A program made the position numbers and the translations under genes. The notes under the pieces are model-generated. The model saw nothing but the letters and a program-made list of their open reading frames with translations. It made no database searches and was not told the origin of the DNA. Shown one piece after another: positions 1-11,070 of a stretch of 64,000 bases of DNA. This DNA is from Candidatus Bathyarchaeia archaeon (lineage in GTDB: Archaea; Thermoproteota; Bathyarchaeia; Bathyarchaeales; Bathycorpusculaceae): positions 96,001 to 160,000 of the forward strand of contig JAVZLQ010000003.1 of NCBI GenBank assembly GCA_038883655.1, in the 5' to 3' direction. Position 1 is the first letter of the stretch; the number at the start of each line of letters is the position of its first letter.

Positions 1-2
1 GA

Positions 3-671
3 CTCGTGAACGAACTCATGCCTAACATAGTTTTGTGCATCAAACAAGGCGACGAGATAACCCCCCTAATAAACGCTCTAGAAGACTTTAGAAAACTTGT
101 TGTCGAATCGCCTCGAGCCATAAAACAGAGAAGCAGAGAAAAACGCAAGAGTCTAAGGGAGCTTGGATACATAAAATATTTGAAGAACGCTAAGGTGCAA
201 TCGATCCCGTTAAGCTGGATCAACATCGAGGGAAACGAGCTTCTCAATTTAAGCAAAATTTCTGAAAAAAGCAAGAGGGCGAGAATCATTTACGATTTAC
301 TGGGGATGAAGCCATTGCATTTTGTGGAGTTGAAAGACAAAATTTATGTTGTTATAGGTAAAAGTCGATGGATAAATGATGAAAATGTTAGAAGGGTCGA
401 GCAGTTCGTCGAAAAAAGGGTTGAAGTAATCCGAAAAGGGCAAGAGGAAGGAGCGCTTACAGCCCTATACAGTAGCGAAAGAAAATTTTTAGGGATAGGC
501 GTTCTGCAAGAGGTCGACTATCTTAGAAAAACACTAAAAATTCTTACACCCGTGTCAAAGGAAATTGCGACAATAGTTGTTGGGAAGGTTAAGCTTGACA
601 AGAATTTAAAGGAAACCCCGTTCTTTGAAAATGCGAGTCCGCAAAATTACCCGTTCATACAAAGGCTCTGA
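3..671 (+). CDS. Clp1/Nol9-like polynucleotide 5'-kinase family protein, C-terminal part (5' truncated by window)
   Basis: Open from the window edge. 'IKQRSREKRKSLRE' helix and C-terminal 'FLGIGVLQEVDY..TLKILTPV' beta domain resemble archaeal Clp1 C-termini. The P-loop is not in the window. Confidence 0.6.
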   Translation, partial: LVNELMPNIVLCIKQGDEITPLINALEDFRKLVVESPRAIKQRSREKRKSLRELGYIKYLKNAKVQSIPLSWINIEGNELLNLSKISEKSKRARIIYDLLGMKPLHFVELKDKIYVVIGKSRWINDENVRRVEQFVEKRVEVIRKGQEEGALTALYSSERKFLGIGVLQEVDYLRKTLKILTPVSKEIATIVVGKVKLDKNLKETPFFENASPQNYPFIQRL

Positions 672-676
672 GGAGC

Positions 677-1342
677 TTAATTAACGCTTTTCAAAATTTT
701 CGGGCAGAGTGCATTTACCACGCATTGTGCGCACAACGGTTTTTTTGCTCTGCAATATTTTCTTCCAAGCAAAATCAACAAAATGTGCACATCTAAATAA
801 TCCTCTTGGTTATAAAGCAATTGCAAAGATCCACGCACAACCTCATAGTCGCCAACTTGGGGGGCTAAACCAAGCCTTCGCGCAACACGATTAATATGCG
901 TGTCAACTGGTATCGTCGGCTTCTTTGAACAGAAAAGCAGTACGACATCAGCCGTTTTAGGTCCAACCCCTGGAAGCTGCAAAAGTTTTTTACGTGCTTC
1001 CTCGAGTGGCAGTGATAAAATTTGGTTTATGTCTCCGCGAAATTTTTCAGATATGATTTTTGATGCACTTTTTATTGTTTTGGCTTTATTCCTATACAGT
1101 CCAGCCACTTTCAAGCATTCTTCAATTTGTCGTGTTTCAGCCTTCGCCAAAATTTCGGGCTTTATTTGGAAGCGCTTCGAAAGATTTTCGAAAGCCCTAG
1201 CAGTGTTCCTGTCGGCAGTGTTTTGTGAAATTATCGTTATAATCAAAGTTTCAAAGGGGTCGTTCCTCGATGAAATCCACTTTGGCTTCGTAAATGATTT
1301 GCGGAGAATTTGAAGTATCCTTTCAGCTCTCTCCTTTGTCAT
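677..1342 (-). CDS. nth: Endonuclease III (HhH-GPD DNA glycosylase, 4Fe-4S)
   Basis: DPFETLI..IISQNT, HhH LPGVGPKTA, VDTH and C-terminal C-X6-C-X2-C-X5-C. Confidence 0.93.
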   Translation of the reverse strand: MTKERAERILQILRKSFTKPKWISSRNDPFETLIITIISQNTADRNTARAFENLSKRFQIKPEILAKAETRQIEECLKVAGLYRNKAKTIKSASKIISEKFRGDINQILSLPLEEARKKLLQLPGVGPKTADVVLLFCSKKPTIPVDTHINRVARRLGLAPQVGDYEVVRGSLQLLYNQEDYLDVHILLILLGRKYCRAKKPLCAQCVVNALCPKILKSVN

Positions 1343-1416
1343 GCGCTTGCCTCAACATTTTGAAAATAATAAATAGTGAATCGTAAAGCTATAAATAAGC
1401 GACGGAGAAAAGCCTC

Positions 1417-1788
1417 ATGGAACGCGCAAAAATCGTGAAAGAAGAAATCATCGAGCAGAATGTGCATTTTTTGGCAATATGTATGGAGACAAAAAACGCG
1501 TTTCTAATCCTACTAAGCGAGAGAGAAGACAAACTTGGAACGCTCGCCGTAGCAGTTCCAAAAACTGGAGACATGCCAGGACCAGTTTCATCATCCGTCC
1601 TTTTAGGCGACAAAAACGCGATTTCAGCCCGCATGTTCGCAGAGTATTTAGCTTCACGGAAAAAAAAGATAGCCCTTGTTTCTGTCTACCTTGAAACGCT
1701 TAGCGAAATGCAAGCACAATCGATTTTTATGCGTCTAATCGAAAAGGTCACTCATCAAGCATCTGGGAAAGAGGGGACAACCGTATGA
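1417..1788 (+). CDS. PAC4 (proteasome assembly chaperone 4)/LpdD-like small alpha/beta protein
   Basis: 123 aa with 'LGTLAVAVP...SSSVLLGD...ARMFAEYLASR.KKIALVSV' pattern like the PSMG4/PAC4 fold; ATGA overlap with ubiD. Confidence 0.55.
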   Translation: MERAKIVKEEIIEQNVHFLAICMETKNAFLILLSEREDKLGTLAVAVPKTGDMPGPVSSSVLLGDKNAISARMFAEYLASRKKKIALVSVYLETLSEMQAQSIFMRLIEKVTHQASGKEGTTV

Positions 1789-3125
1789 GCCTTAGAGATT
1801 TTCTTGAAAAAATGGAAAACGAGAAAGAAGTTTTGCACATAAAGGACGAGGTTTCAACAAAATTTGAAATTCCTTACATAATGAAAAAGTTTGACAATCA
1901 AGGTCCAATTCTGCTCTTTGAAAAGGTCAAGGATTACAAGACAAAGATTATTGCAAACGTTTGCGGAAAAAGAAGCAGAATATGCAAAGCGCTCGGCATA
2001 AGCCAAGAGCAACTCTATCAGCATTTAGCCAACGCCTGGCTTTCGCCTAAAAAGCCGAAAATTGTTTCAGACGGACAAGTAAAAGAGGTTGCCAAAAAAG
2101 ATTTGTCAAATATTCCCGTTTTGACTCATTTCGAAAAGGATGTTGGTCCATATTTCACTTCGGCGGTTGTTTACGCCAAAAGTGTTGATGGTACGGTTGA
2201 GAATGTTTCTGTGCATAGACTTCAAGTTTTGGATAAGAATCACTTGGCTATTCGTTTGGTTCCAAGACATCTTTTCAAGCTTTGGCAGATGGCAAAAGAG
2301 GCAAATAGAGACTTGGAAGCTTCAATCTCCGTTGGCGTTCATCCAGCAGTCATGCTTGCGGCATCCTCGCCCCTACCATTTGGTGTTAATGAATTTGAGG
2401 TGGCGAACACGCTCATGGATGGAAGACTTCGCCTAATAGAATGCGAGCATATTGACGCGTATGCGCCAGCAGATGCGGAGCTTGTTCTTGAAGGCATAAT
2501 CTCCGTAACAAAGGAGGTTACAGAGGGACCGTTCGTTGACATAACTGGAACGTACGACATGCAGAGAAAACAACCCGTCGTTAAAATTGTGGGCGTAATG
2601 CATAGAAAAGACTACTTTTACCAAGCGCTTTTGCCTTCTGGAGCTGAACATAAACTTCTGATGGGCTTGCCACGCGAAGTACTCATTTGGGAAGCAGTTT
2701 CAAAGGTTGTGCCAAAGGTTTACGCGGTAAATCTCTCGGAAGGCGGAAGCGGATGGCTCCACGCAATCATATCCATCGAAAAACAGCTTGACGGGGACGG
2801 AAAAAACGCTTTGCTAGCTGCTTTTGCGGCGCATCCAAGCCTAAAGCATGCTGTTGTTGTGGACTCGGATATAAACGTCTTTGATATCCATGATGTTGAA
2901 TGGGCTATTGCAACACGCTTTCAAGCATCAGAAGACCTAATTGTCATAAGTAACGCGCGCGGCTCCACCTTGGACTCATCAGCAGACCAAGAGACTGGGT
3001 TAACTACTAAAATGGGGATTGACGCCACAAGACCATTCAACAAACCTAAAGAAAAGTTTGAAAGAGCAAAAATACCAACAAGTAAAGATGTCGAAAAAGT
3101 GTTGGAAAAGCTGTTAAAACAGTGA
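1785..3125 (+). CDS. UbiD family prFMN-dependent decarboxylase (likely anhydromevalonate phosphate decarboxylase)
   Basis: NVSVHRLQ, EGPFVDITGTYD, VVVDSDI..VEWAIATR, KMGIDAT motifs. Confidence 0.9.
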   Translation: MSLRDFLEKMENEKEVLHIKDEVSTKFEIPYIMKKFDNQGPILLFEKVKDYKTKIIANVCGKRSRICKALGISQEQLYQHLANAWLSPKKPKIVSDGQVKEVAKKDLSNIPVLTHFEKDVGPYFTSAVVYAKSVDGTVENVSVHRLQVLDKNHLAIRLVPRHLFKLWQMAKEANRDLEASISVGVHPAVMLAASSPLPFGVNEFEVANTLMDGRLRLIECEHIDAYAPADAELVLEGIISVTKEVTEGPFVDITGTYDMQRKQPVVKIVGVMHRKDYFYQALLPSGAEHKLLMGLPREVLIWEAVSKVVPKVYAVNLSEGGSGWLHAIISIEKQLDGDGKNALLAAFAAHPSLKHAVVVDSDINVFDIHDVEWAIATRFQASEDLIVISNARGSTLDSSADQETGLTTKMGIDATRPFNKPKEKFERAKIPTSKDVEKVLEKLLKQ

Positions 3126-3191
3126 AGTAGAGAATCGCACACCATTTTATATATGACATTTACAGAAAAGATAGAGGAAGCTGGTGGTCCA

Positions 3192-3686
3192 TTGTCTGAA
3201 GAAACGGAAGAGGAGAAGGAAAGCGGACTGACATTAAAGGTTAGCGACGTAATGATAAAAGAAGTCATAACAATAGACGAAAACGCCACTGTTAAAGAGG
3301 CTGCTGAAATAATGAACAAGTTTGAAATAGGCTGCCTAATCGCTGTTAGGAGGGGCAAAGCGATGGGCATAATAACCGAAAGAGACCTTCTGAAAAGAGT
3401 CGTTGCAGAGGCGAGAGACGCAAGCAAAACGAAGGTTAAGGATATTATGTCAAGTCCACTGGTTGTTGTTGAGCCAAACATGGATTTGGAAGACGCTGTG
3501 AGGCTAATGTTTCAGATGAAGATTAAGAAGCTGCCAGTTGTTGAAGGGAAGCGCCTAGTAGGCTTGGTCTCCTTAACAGATATAGCGCGTTTCCAACCGC
3601 AAATGATAAAAATCCTTAAGCAACTTGCCGCGAGGCAAGCCCCTCCAAAAAGCATCAAAAAAGTCATAGACTACTATGTTGTCTAA
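3192..3686 (+). CDS. CBS-pair domain protein
   Basis: Two CBS repeats (VSDVM..GIITERDL; VKDIMS..GLVSLTDI). TTG start at 3192 follows GGTGG; the ORF is open from 3153. Confidence 0.85.
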   Translation: MSEETEEEKESGLTLKVSDVMIKEVITIDENATVKEAAEIMNKFEIGCLIAVRRGKAMGIITERDLLKRVVAEARDASKTKVKDIMSSPLVVVEPNMDLEDAVRLMFQMKIKKLPVVEGKRLVGLVSLTDIARFQPQMIKILKQLAARQAPPKSIKKVIDYYVV

Positions 3687-3753
3687 CCTCTGCCCTTTTG
3701 TTTTAACGCAAGAAGCTTAAATGCCACTTAGACCGCATTAATCTGGAGCAAAC

Positions 3754-4815
3754 GTGAAGCAAACATTAATACTAAAAGTTGATTCACAAAACCCAGAGCT
3801 AGAAAAAATACGCATAGCAGCAGACTTTATTAAAAAAGGCGGCTTAGTTGCCTTTCCAACAGAAACCGTTTATGGCTTAGGGGCGAATGCACTAAATGCA
3901 ACAGCGGTTCTAGCATTATTCGAGGCAAAAAGAAGACCATTAGACAACCCGCCAATAGTTCACGTTGAAAAAGCTGAAGAAGTCTATAGATTGGCAAGGC
4001 GTGTTCCAAAAAAAGCCGAAGAATTAATGGAAAAGTTTTGGCCCGGTCCATTAACGTTGATTTTTGAGCGTTCAGAAATTGTTCCAAGCGTAACCGTGGC
4101 TGGACTGGACACTATAGCGATTCGAATGCCACGGCATAATGTGGCTTTAGCTTTGCTTAGGGAAAGCCACTGCCCAATAGCCGCTCCAAGCGCAAACCTT
4201 GCCGGAAAGCCAAGTTCAACAAGTGCCGAGCATGTCCTTGAAGATTTGAATGGGAGAATAGACGCGGTTTTAGATGCTGGACCAACAAACATTGGTGTGG
4301 AATCCACAGTTTTGGATTTAACAAGCGACCCGCCGCAAATTCTCCGTCCAGGAGGAACACCATACGAAGAATTGAAGAAAGTTCTCGGAACAGTGGCGAT
4401 TCATCCAGTTGCAGTTGCGGATAGGGAAATACCAGTCGAAAAAGCCCGCTCGCCAGGCGTCAGACATAAACATTATGCACCAAAAGCTGAAGTTATTGTT
4501 GTTGAAGGAGAAGCCCAAGCGATTGTAAAGAAAGCAAGAGAATTAGCAGAACAGCACGCAAAGAGGGGTTTAAAGGTTGGTGTTCTCGCAACAGACGAAA
4601 CAGCTGCCCATTATGAAGGAGGCTATGTTGTCAAATCTTTGGGAAGCAGAAGAGATTTAGCGATAATAGCCAAAAACTTGTTTAGACTTTTAAGGGAGTT
4701 TGACATGGAAAATGTTGATGTTATAATTGCCGAGGGTGTATCATCTCACGGAATTGGCTTGGCTGTTATGAATAGGCTTCGTAAGGCTGCCGGATACAGA
4801 ATAGTTAAGGCTTAA
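3754..4815 (+). CDS. sua5: L-threonylcarbamoyladenylate synthase Sua5
   Basis: AFPTETVYGLG, KRRPLDNP, WPGPLT, APSAN plus C-terminal SUA5 domain (SPG..HKHYAP). Confidence 0.95.
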   Translation: MKQTLILKVDSQNPELEKIRIAADFIKKGGLVAFPTETVYGLGANALNATAVLALFEAKRRPLDNPPIVHVEKAEEVYRLARRVPKKAEELMEKFWPGPLTLIFERSEIVPSVTVAGLDTIAIRMPRHNVALALLRESHCPIAAPSANLAGKPSSTSAEHVLEDLNGRIDAVLDAGPTNIGVESTVLDLTSDPPQILRPGGTPYEELKKVLGTVAIHPVAVADREIPVEKARSPGVRHKHYAPKAEVIVVEGEAQAIVKKARELAEQHAKRGLKVGVLATDETAAHYEGGYVVKSLGSRRDLAIIAKNLFRLLREFDMENVDVIIAEGVSSHGIGLAVMNRLRKAAGYRIVKA

Positions 4816-4922
4816 GTTTTAACCGTCGGATTCTTCTAGAAATGTTTATATAGAAGCGTTTTCCGTCTAAAATTTGCTTGTTTAACCTCACCTATCACAC
4901 CAAGAGTGTGGAGGTGATGGGA

Positions 4923-6572
4923 ATGGCTGTTGCACCTTCTGGAACTGTTCCGGTTTTAATATTGAAGGAAGGAACAAGCAGAACAAGCGGAAGGGAAGCC
5001 CAAAGAAACAACATTATGGCTGCGAAAATAATAGCTGAAACCATAAAAACGACTCTTGGGCCTCGCGGAATGGACAAGATGCTTGTCAGTAGTTTCGGTG
5101 ACGTGTCAATAACAAACGACGGCGCAACAATAATGAAGGAGCTTGACGTGCAACATCCAGCAGCAAAAATGCTCGTTGAAGTAGCCAAGGCACAGGATAA
5201 CGAAGTTGGCGACGGAACAACAACCGCCGTGGTTTTGGCTGGCGAGCTACTTTCGAAGGCTGAAAATCTCCTCGACCAGAACATCCACCCAACAGTGATT
5301 ATCGACGGCTACAAGAAGGCAAGCGAAAAAGCGCAGGAAGTTCTAGAGAGAATGGCAATTCCAGTAAGCATCAACGACGAAAAGCGCTTGACGGATGTCG
5401 CAGTGACATCTATGGGAAGCAAGGGAATAACCGTGGCAAAGGAACACTTTGCAAGGCTTGCAGTTGAAGCCGTCAAGCAGGTTGCAGAGGAGAAGGATGG
5501 GAAGTTAAAAGCGGACATTGACCTAATAAAGGTTCTAAAGAAGCATGGGAAAAGCTTAGATGAGACGGAACTTGTTAAGGGCATGGTCATCGACAAGGAA
5601 GTTGCACATCCGCAGATGCCCAAGATTGTTAATAATGCGAAAATTGCTCTGCTAAACGCGAAGCTTGAAATTGAGAAGACAGAATTCGACGCAAAAATCA
5701 ACATCGAAACTCCAGAACAGATGAAGCTTTTCCTGGACGAAGAAGAACGCATGCTCAAGGAAATGGTTGACAAAATCGCAGGGGCTGGCGCCAATGTGGT
5801 TTTCTGCGAAAAGGGCATCGATGATGTTGCATTGCATTTCTTGGCGAAACGAGGCATTTTAGCCGTTAAAAACGTTAGCAGCAGCGACATGGAGAAACTA
5901 TCCAAAGCCACTGGCGGAAAAATCGTTGCAAGCGTCAAGGAACTAACGCCAGACATGCTCGGAGAAGCAAGGACTGTTGAGGAGGTTAAAATCGGCGAGG
6001 ACAAACTCGTTTATGTGCGTGAATGCAAGAATCCAAAGGCTGTAACCATAGTCATCAGAGGCGGAACAGAACACGTTATAGACGAGGCTGAACGTTCGCT
6101 TCATGACGCACTTTGTGTTGTAAGAAACGCCATTGAAGATGGAAAAATAGTTCCGGGCGGTGGTGCACCAGAAGCAGAAGTCGCCAAGCAGCTTAGAGAT
6201 TACGCTGTTAAAGTGGGCGGAAGAGAACAACTAGCCATAGAGGCGTTTGCGGATGCCGTTGAGTCCATTCCATTGACGTTGGCAGAAAATGCGGGGTTAG
6301 ACCCAATCGACATAATGGTAGCATTAAGAGCCAAACACGAAAACGCTGCAAGTCCATCATACGGCGTCGACGTTTTCTCTGGAAAAATCAAGGACATGCT
6401 AGAGCTAAATGTTGTCGAGCCTTTAAGAGTTAAGCAGCAAGTCATCAAGTCAGCAACTGAAGCCGCCAACATGATACTGAAGATCGACGATTTAATTGCT
6501 GCTAAGGGCATGGAGAAGGAGAAGGAAGGAAAGAAGCCGTCCAAAGAACCTTCAGAGTTCGGCGAAGACTAA
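4923..6572 (+). CDS. Thermosome subunit (group II chaperonin), copy 1
   Basis: [29 protein letters not shown]; SD GGAGGTGA at 4910-4917 before ATG 4923. Confidence 0.97.
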   Translation: MAVAPSGTVPVLILKEGTSRTSGREAQRNNIMAAKIIAETIKTTLGPRGMDKMLVSSFGDVSITNDGATIMKELDVQHPAAKMLVEVAKAQDNEVGDGTTTAVVLAGELLSKAENLLDQNIHPTVIIDGYKKASEKAQEVLERMAIPVSINDEKRLTDVAVTSMGSKGITVAKEHFARLAVEAVKQVAEEKDGKLKADIDLIKVLKKHGKSLDETELVKGMVIDKEVAHPQMPKIVNNAKIALLNAKLEIEKTEFDAKINIETPEQMKLFLDEEERMLKEMVDKIAGAGANVVFCEKGIDDVALHFLAKRGILAVKNVSSSDMEKLSKATGGKIVASVKELTPDMLGEARTVEEVKIGEDKLVYVRECKNPKAVTIVIRGGTEHVIDEAERSLHDALCVVRNAIEDGKIVPGGGAPEAEVAKQLRDYAVKVGGREQLAIEAFADAVESIPLTLAENAGLDPIDIMVALRAKHENAASPSYGVDVFSGKIKDMLELNVVEPLRVKQQVIKSATEAANMILKIDDLIAAKGMEKEKEGKKPSKEPSEFGED

Positions 6573-6600
6573 AACCTTCATTTTCCACAATTTTTCTGTT
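6573..6600 (+). terminator. T-rich archaeal terminator after thermosome 1
   Basis: CATTTTCCACAATTTTTTCTGTT directly after the stop codon. Confidence 0.4.
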
Positions 6601-6682
6601 GCGATAACGCTTCGCGATTTCGGCTTTTACTAAAGAGTTTTATACCATGTTATGTTTTCACGTTTAGTAAGGTGAAGAAAAT

Positions 6683-6946
6683 TTGAAGGTTAGCTGGCGA
6701 ATCTTGGTTTTAGCTGTAGTTATCGGCGTTTGCATAACGACACTTACTGGTTTTGTCGAAAACAAGTCAAGCGGCATTATTATCCCAGAAAACAAGTGCT
6801 ATGGATTTCCAGTGGTTTGGCGAATAAGCGACGCGTTTACGGGCGAAAAAATCTTGTATTACGAATTTTTCCTTGATTTCTTGTTCTGGATTACAATAGC
6901 CGCAATTATAATTTTACTACTGAAAACTGTGAGCCGCCTACTTTAA
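6683..6946 (+). CDS. Small hypothetical membrane protein (2 TM)
   Basis: Two hydrophobic helices flanking 'YGFPVVW'; AGGTGA SD upstream. Confidence 0.6.
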   Translation: MKVSWRILVLAVVIGVCITTLTGFVENKSSGIIIPENKCYGFPVVWRISDAFTGEKILYYEFFLDFLFWITIAAIIILLLKTVSRLL

Positions 6947-8596
6947 CATCGGCATTTTAATGCCCTTTTCTTTGGCGATTTTCCGTGCCTTCTCATAACC
7001 TGCATCTGCATGGCGTACTATGGCTGTTCCCGGATCTGTTGTTAGAACCGTTGTTATGCGTTTTTCTACTTCCTTTGTGCCGTCAGCCACCAAACACATG
7101 CCAGCGTGTATGCTGTAGCCTATTCCTACGCCTCCGCCGTGGTGGACGCTGACCCATGTGGCTCCGCCTACGGCGTTAATCAAAGCGTTGAGTAGTGGCC
7201 AGTCTGCAACCGCGTCACTTCCGTCCATCATGCCTTCTGTTTCGCGGTTTGGTGATGCAACGCTACCGCCGTCTAGGTGGTCTCGTCCGATCCATACTGG
7301 ACCGCTGATTTTACCGCTTGCCACCATGTCATTCATTATTTTGCCGAAGCGGGCTCTCTCGCCGAAGCCAAGCCAGCAAACCCTCGCTGGCAAGCCTTGA
7401 AACTTAACTTTTTCTTTTGCTTTTCTTATCCATCGGCACAACTCCCTATTATAAGCGAACTCCCTTAAGATAACATCGTCAAGCGTGTAAATGTCTTCAG
7501 CACTGCCAACAAGTGATGTCCAGCGAAACGGCCCTCTTCCCTCGCAGAACATTGGTCTAATATAGCGTTGGACGAAACCTGGATATGCGAATGCTCTTTT
7601 GAAACCGGCGTTGTATGCTTGTTGGCGGAGGTTGTTGCCGTACTCGAATGTTATGGCACCTTTCTCCATCATCTTAACCATAGTTTCTACTTGTAGGCGC
7701 ATGCTCTCGCTTGCACGGCGCAGATATTCTTGCGGGTCATTTTTTCTAAGCTCGTCTGCCTCCTCCTTCGACAAGCCCGCCGGATAATAGCCATTTAACG
7801 GGTCATGGGCGGATGTTTGGTCTGTTAAAATGTCTGGTATTATGCCTCTCCGCAGTAGTTCTGGATGCACCTCTGCTGCGTTGCCAAGTAGACCTATGCT
7901 TCTTGGTAAGCCTTCTCTTTTTGCTTCTAAAGCTAGTTTGATGGCTTCGTCGAGGTCGTCTGTCCACACTTCCAAATAGCCATGTCTAAGCCTTCGTTCA
8001 ATTGCCCTCTTATCAATTTCAACAATTAAAGCAACGCCTTCATTCATTGTAACCGCCAATGGTTGAGCGCCACCCATTTCGCCTAAACCAGCGGTTAAAA
8101 CAAGTCTACCCTTTAAGGAGCCGCCAAAATGTTCTCTGGCAACAGCAGCAAGCGTTTCATATGTGCCTTGCAATATGCCTTGCGTTCCGATGTATGCCCA
8201 TGAACCAGCAGTCATCTGTCCAAACATGATTAATCCCTTTTGTTCAAGCTCGTAGAAGTAGTCCCATGTAGCCCATTTTGGCACAAGCATGGCGTTAACA
8301 ATTAGGGCTCTTGGAGCCCACTCGTGAGTTTTAAAAACGGCAACTGGTTTGCCGCTTTGGACGAGCATGGTCTCGTCTGGTTCAAGCTCGATTAGGGTTT
8401 CAACAATTTTTTTAAAGCATTCCCAGTTCCGCGCAGCCTTGCCAGTTCCACCATAAACAATAAGCTTTTCAGGGTCTTTCGCCACTTCAGGGTCAACAAC
8501 GTTAAAGAGCATTCGTAGGATTCCTTCAATCTGCCAGTTCTTACAGTGCAGCTCATGCCCAGTTAAAACCTTAACTGGCTTTTCAATTTTAAGCAC
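6938..8596 (-). CDS. hutU: Urocanate hydratase
   Basis: [50 protein letters not shown]. Confidence 0.97.
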   Translation of the reverse strand: MLKIEKPVKVLTGHELHCKNWQIEGILRMLFNVVDPEVAKDPEKLIVYGGTGKAARNWECFKKIVETLIELEPDETMLVQSGKPVAVFKTHEWAPRALIVNAMLVPKWATWDYFYELEQKGLIMFGQMTAGSWAYIGTQGILQGTYETLAAVAREHFGGSLKGRLVLTAGLGEMGGAQPLAVTMNEGVALIVEIDKRAIERRLRHGYLEVWTDDLDEAIKLALEAKREGLPRSIGLLGNAAEVHPELLRRGIIPDILTDQTSAHDPLNGYYPAGLSKEEADELRKNDPQEYLRRASESMRLQVETMVKMMEKGAITFEYGNNLRQQAYNAGFKRAFAYPGFVQRYIRPMFCEGRGPFRWTSLVGSAEDIYTLDDVILREFAYNRELCRWIRKAKEKVKFQGLPARVCWLGFGERARFGKIMNDMVASGKISGPVWIGRDHLDGGSVASPNRETEGMMDGSDAVADWPLLNALINAVGGATWVSVHHGGGVGIGYSIHAGMCLVADGTKEVEKRITTVLTTDPGTAIVRHADAGYEKARKIAKEKGIKMPMLK

Positions 8597-8671
8597 TTTT
8601 CCACCGTCATAAACTAAAGCAGAAACACTCTATATGTTTTGCTAAATTGTCGAAGTTTACTAAAACCGTTA

Positions 8672-9997
8672 TCATTCAGTTTCGCTTGGAATCACAGGTT
8701 CATAGCTCTTTTCTCTGTCAACAACCAATCTACCATTCTTTATAACCTTGTCAACAAGATTCGCCCCAAAACGGTAGCCGAGAAACTTGTGGTTAGGTAC
8801 ATCCAAAACGATAACGTCAGCCTTTTTCCCCGTTTCCAAACTTCCAACTTCGTGAGCTCTCTTAATGGCGTGCGCCGCGTTGATCGTCGCCGCGGTTATG
8901 GCCTCTGCTGGCGTTAACCTCAAAAAATGGCATGCAAAAGTTATTACTAACTGCATGTTTTCCACCCAGCAGCTTGGGTTAAAATCTGTTCCAATGGCAA
9001 CTGGGACTCCGCTTTCAATCATTTTCCTTGCATCTGCATGTCGCCCACTCATTAAACTGAATGATGCGGCGGGTAATAAAACTGCAATTACGCCTTTGTT
9101 TGCAATGGCTTTGACGCCCTCATCAGACGCATAAAGCAAATGTTCAGCAGAAACTGCTTCAACCTCCGCCGCAAGTTCCGTTCCCCCGCACGTGCTCATT
9201 TCGTCAGCGTGAATTTTGGGACTTAAGCCATAATTTTTTCCTGCCAGCAAAATGCGTTTGCTCTGTTCCAACGTGAAGACTCCTTTCTCGCAGAAGACAT
9301 CACAAAATTCGGCAAGCTTCTTCTCTGCCACCGCTGGAATCATTTCATCAACAACCACGTTAACGTAGTCTGATGGCGCATTCTTGTATTCGGCGGGAAT
9401 TGCATGTGCACCCATAAAAGTCGGCACAACATCGACTGAATGCAACTGCGCGAGACGTCTTATTGCTTCCAGAAGTTTCAGCTCATCCTTTGTAGTTAAT
9501 CCGTAACCGCTCTTAGCTTCAACAGTTGTTGTCCCATATTCTAACATGACATCAAGAGTTTTCAATCCCAAATCAACAATTTTGTCGATGCTTGCCTTTC
9601 GGGTCTCCCTAACAGTTTTTAGTATGCCGCCACCAGCGCTGAGAATCTCCATGTAATAGGCGCCTTCAATACGCATCTGAAATTCATCTTCACGCGAACC
9701 AGCAAAAACAAGATGCGTATGCGGGTCAACGAAGCCTGGTAAAACAATTTTTCCATCCGCACTTATTATTGTTTCAGCCCTAAAGGTTTTTGTTATTTCG
9801 GAAGTTTTTCCAACCGCAGCTATTCTGCCGTCTTTGATTGCTAAACTTCCATTGTGGATTATTCCTAACTCGCGCATCTGCTTGCCAACGCGGGGCTTCT
9901 CGTTTCCGCCAGCAAGCGTAACAAGCTCGTTGGCATTCACTATGAGCAAGTCAACTTTTTCTCTTGCTTTGGTTTTGATGCTCTTACTCAAGGGCAC
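8672..9997 (-). CDS. hutI: Imidazolonepropionase
   Basis: PGFVDPHTH, EAKSGYGL, GAHAIP, HADE, TDFNP. Confidence 0.95.
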   Translation of the reverse strand: MPLSKSIKTKAREKVDLLIVNANELVTLAGGNEKPRVGKQMRELGIIHNGSLAIKDGRIAAVGKTSEITKTFRAETIISADGKIVLPGFVDPHTHLVFAGSREDEFQMRIEGAYYMEILSAGGGILKTVRETRKASIDKIVDLGLKTLDVMLEYGTTTVEAKSGYGLTTKDELKLLEAIRRLAQLHSVDVVPTFMGAHAIPAEYKNAPSDYVNVVVDEMIPAVAEKKLAEFCDVFCEKGVFTLEQSKRILLAGKNYGLSPKIHADEMSTCGGTELAAEVEAVSAEHLLYASDEGVKAIANKGVIAVLLPAASFSLMSGRHADARKMIESGVPVAIGTDFNPSCWVENMQLVITFACHFLRLTPAEAITAATINAAHAIKRAHEVGSLETGKKADVIVLDVPNHKFLGYRFGANLVDKVIKNGRLVVDREKSYEPVIPSETE

Positions 9998-10907
9998 CGC
10001 CTTTTTCCATGGCTTTGTAAATCGCCATTTCTAAAACTCTATCTTCGGTTAAATTGTCAATTTTTAGGTAGTACGCGGCAACGTCGATAAGCGCCTTTAA
10101 CGGAGCCATACCGCAAAATTCAGAGCTGACTATCGGAACATTATAGCGTTCACATTCGACCCGTATCATTTCAAAAACACGGTAAAGAGGAGTTTTTTCA
10201 AAATCTGATATGCTCATTCCAATTTGCGTAATATTCTTTTCTGGAATATGCGCAGCCATAGCCTTAACAGTTGAAAAACCACCCCTTTTTGCATGTAGAG
10301 CCTTAGCAATCTTTTTGGCGATGCCCAAATCAGAAGTGCCCAAGTTAACGTTAAACCCAGCCATAACCCTTCTTGCGCCAGTAATCGTAGCGCCAGCCGT
10401 TGGATGTGGTGACGCTGGACCAAAATCTGGTTTCCGCTCGGGCCTGGCGATCATTTCGGCAAGCCGCTCATACTCGCCCTCTCGAATCCAGTCCAAATCC
10501 TTTCTTTCGGGGCTTGTTGCAGCTTCGCCATAAAGGTAAACGGGCACATTGCATTTTTTGGCTAGTTTTTCGCCGAAATCCCTTGCAAGCTTGACGCAAT
10601 CTTCCATTGTGGCGTTTCTTAATGGTATGAATGGAACAACGTCCACGGCGCCGATTCGCGGATGCTGCCCTTTATGCTGACGCATGTCAATTAGCTCTAT
10701 CGCTTTGAAAGAAGCCTTAAGGGCGGCTTCAAGCACAGATTTTTTGTCGCCGACGAATGAAACAACTAGCCTGTTATAATAATCATCAAATGTATAATCT
10801 AGTAAGAAAGTTTTCGGAGTACTCCTAATCTCATTCATTATCGCCTCAACAACTTTCGGGTTTGAGGTGCTAAAGTTCGGCACACATTCTATGATGCAAA
10901 CCATCAA
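9984..10907 (-). CDS. ftcD: Glutamate formimidoyltransferase (no cyclodeaminase domain)
   Basis: IECVPNFS, HKGQHPRIGAVDVVPFIP, PDFGP, HPTAGA; adjacent to hutI and hutU. Confidence 0.92.
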   Translation of the reverse strand: MMVCIIECVPNFSTSNPKVVEAIMNEIRSTPKTFLLDYTFDDYYNRLVVSFVGDKKSVLEAALKASFKAIELIDMRQHKGQHPRIGAVDVVPFIPLRNATMEDCVKLARDFGEKLAKKCNVPVYLYGEAATSPERKDLDWIREGEYERLAEMIARPERKPDFGPASPHPTAGATITGARRVMAGFNVNLGTSDLGIAKKIAKALHAKRGGFSTVKAMAAHIPEKNITQIGMSISDFEKTPLYRVFEMIRVECERYNVPIVSSEFCGMAPLKALIDVAAYYLKIDNLTEDRVLEMAIYKAMEKGGALE

Positions 10908-11070
10908 GATTCTCTCCTTTTCTAAGCACAGACATTAAGAGACAGCGAATGAGATAAGTGTATTTCGGAGAAAAGAAAACGTTTTCCTTCTACACTCTTA
11001 GCCTGTGCATGATGTGTTCCGAAAATTATATATTGCATATACCATGAAACCATTGCTTTAAGGTGATTTA

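Noticed and set aside
4830-4860. TTCTAGA palindrome upstream of both thermosome genes as a heat-shock element (also near 29412)
   Set aside because: Only 7 bp, and at different positions relative to the TATA box; compatible with chance
5208-5246. Near-identical DNA between the two thermosome genes (also about 29728-29766) as gene conversion
   Set aside because: Short and confined to the invariant GDGTTT motif; cannot be separated from protein conservation by eye
5309-6004. Long antisense ORFs (e.g. 5309-6004, 2921-3481, 57651-58163)
   Set aside because: Shadow frames of well-supported genes, with no recognisable motifs
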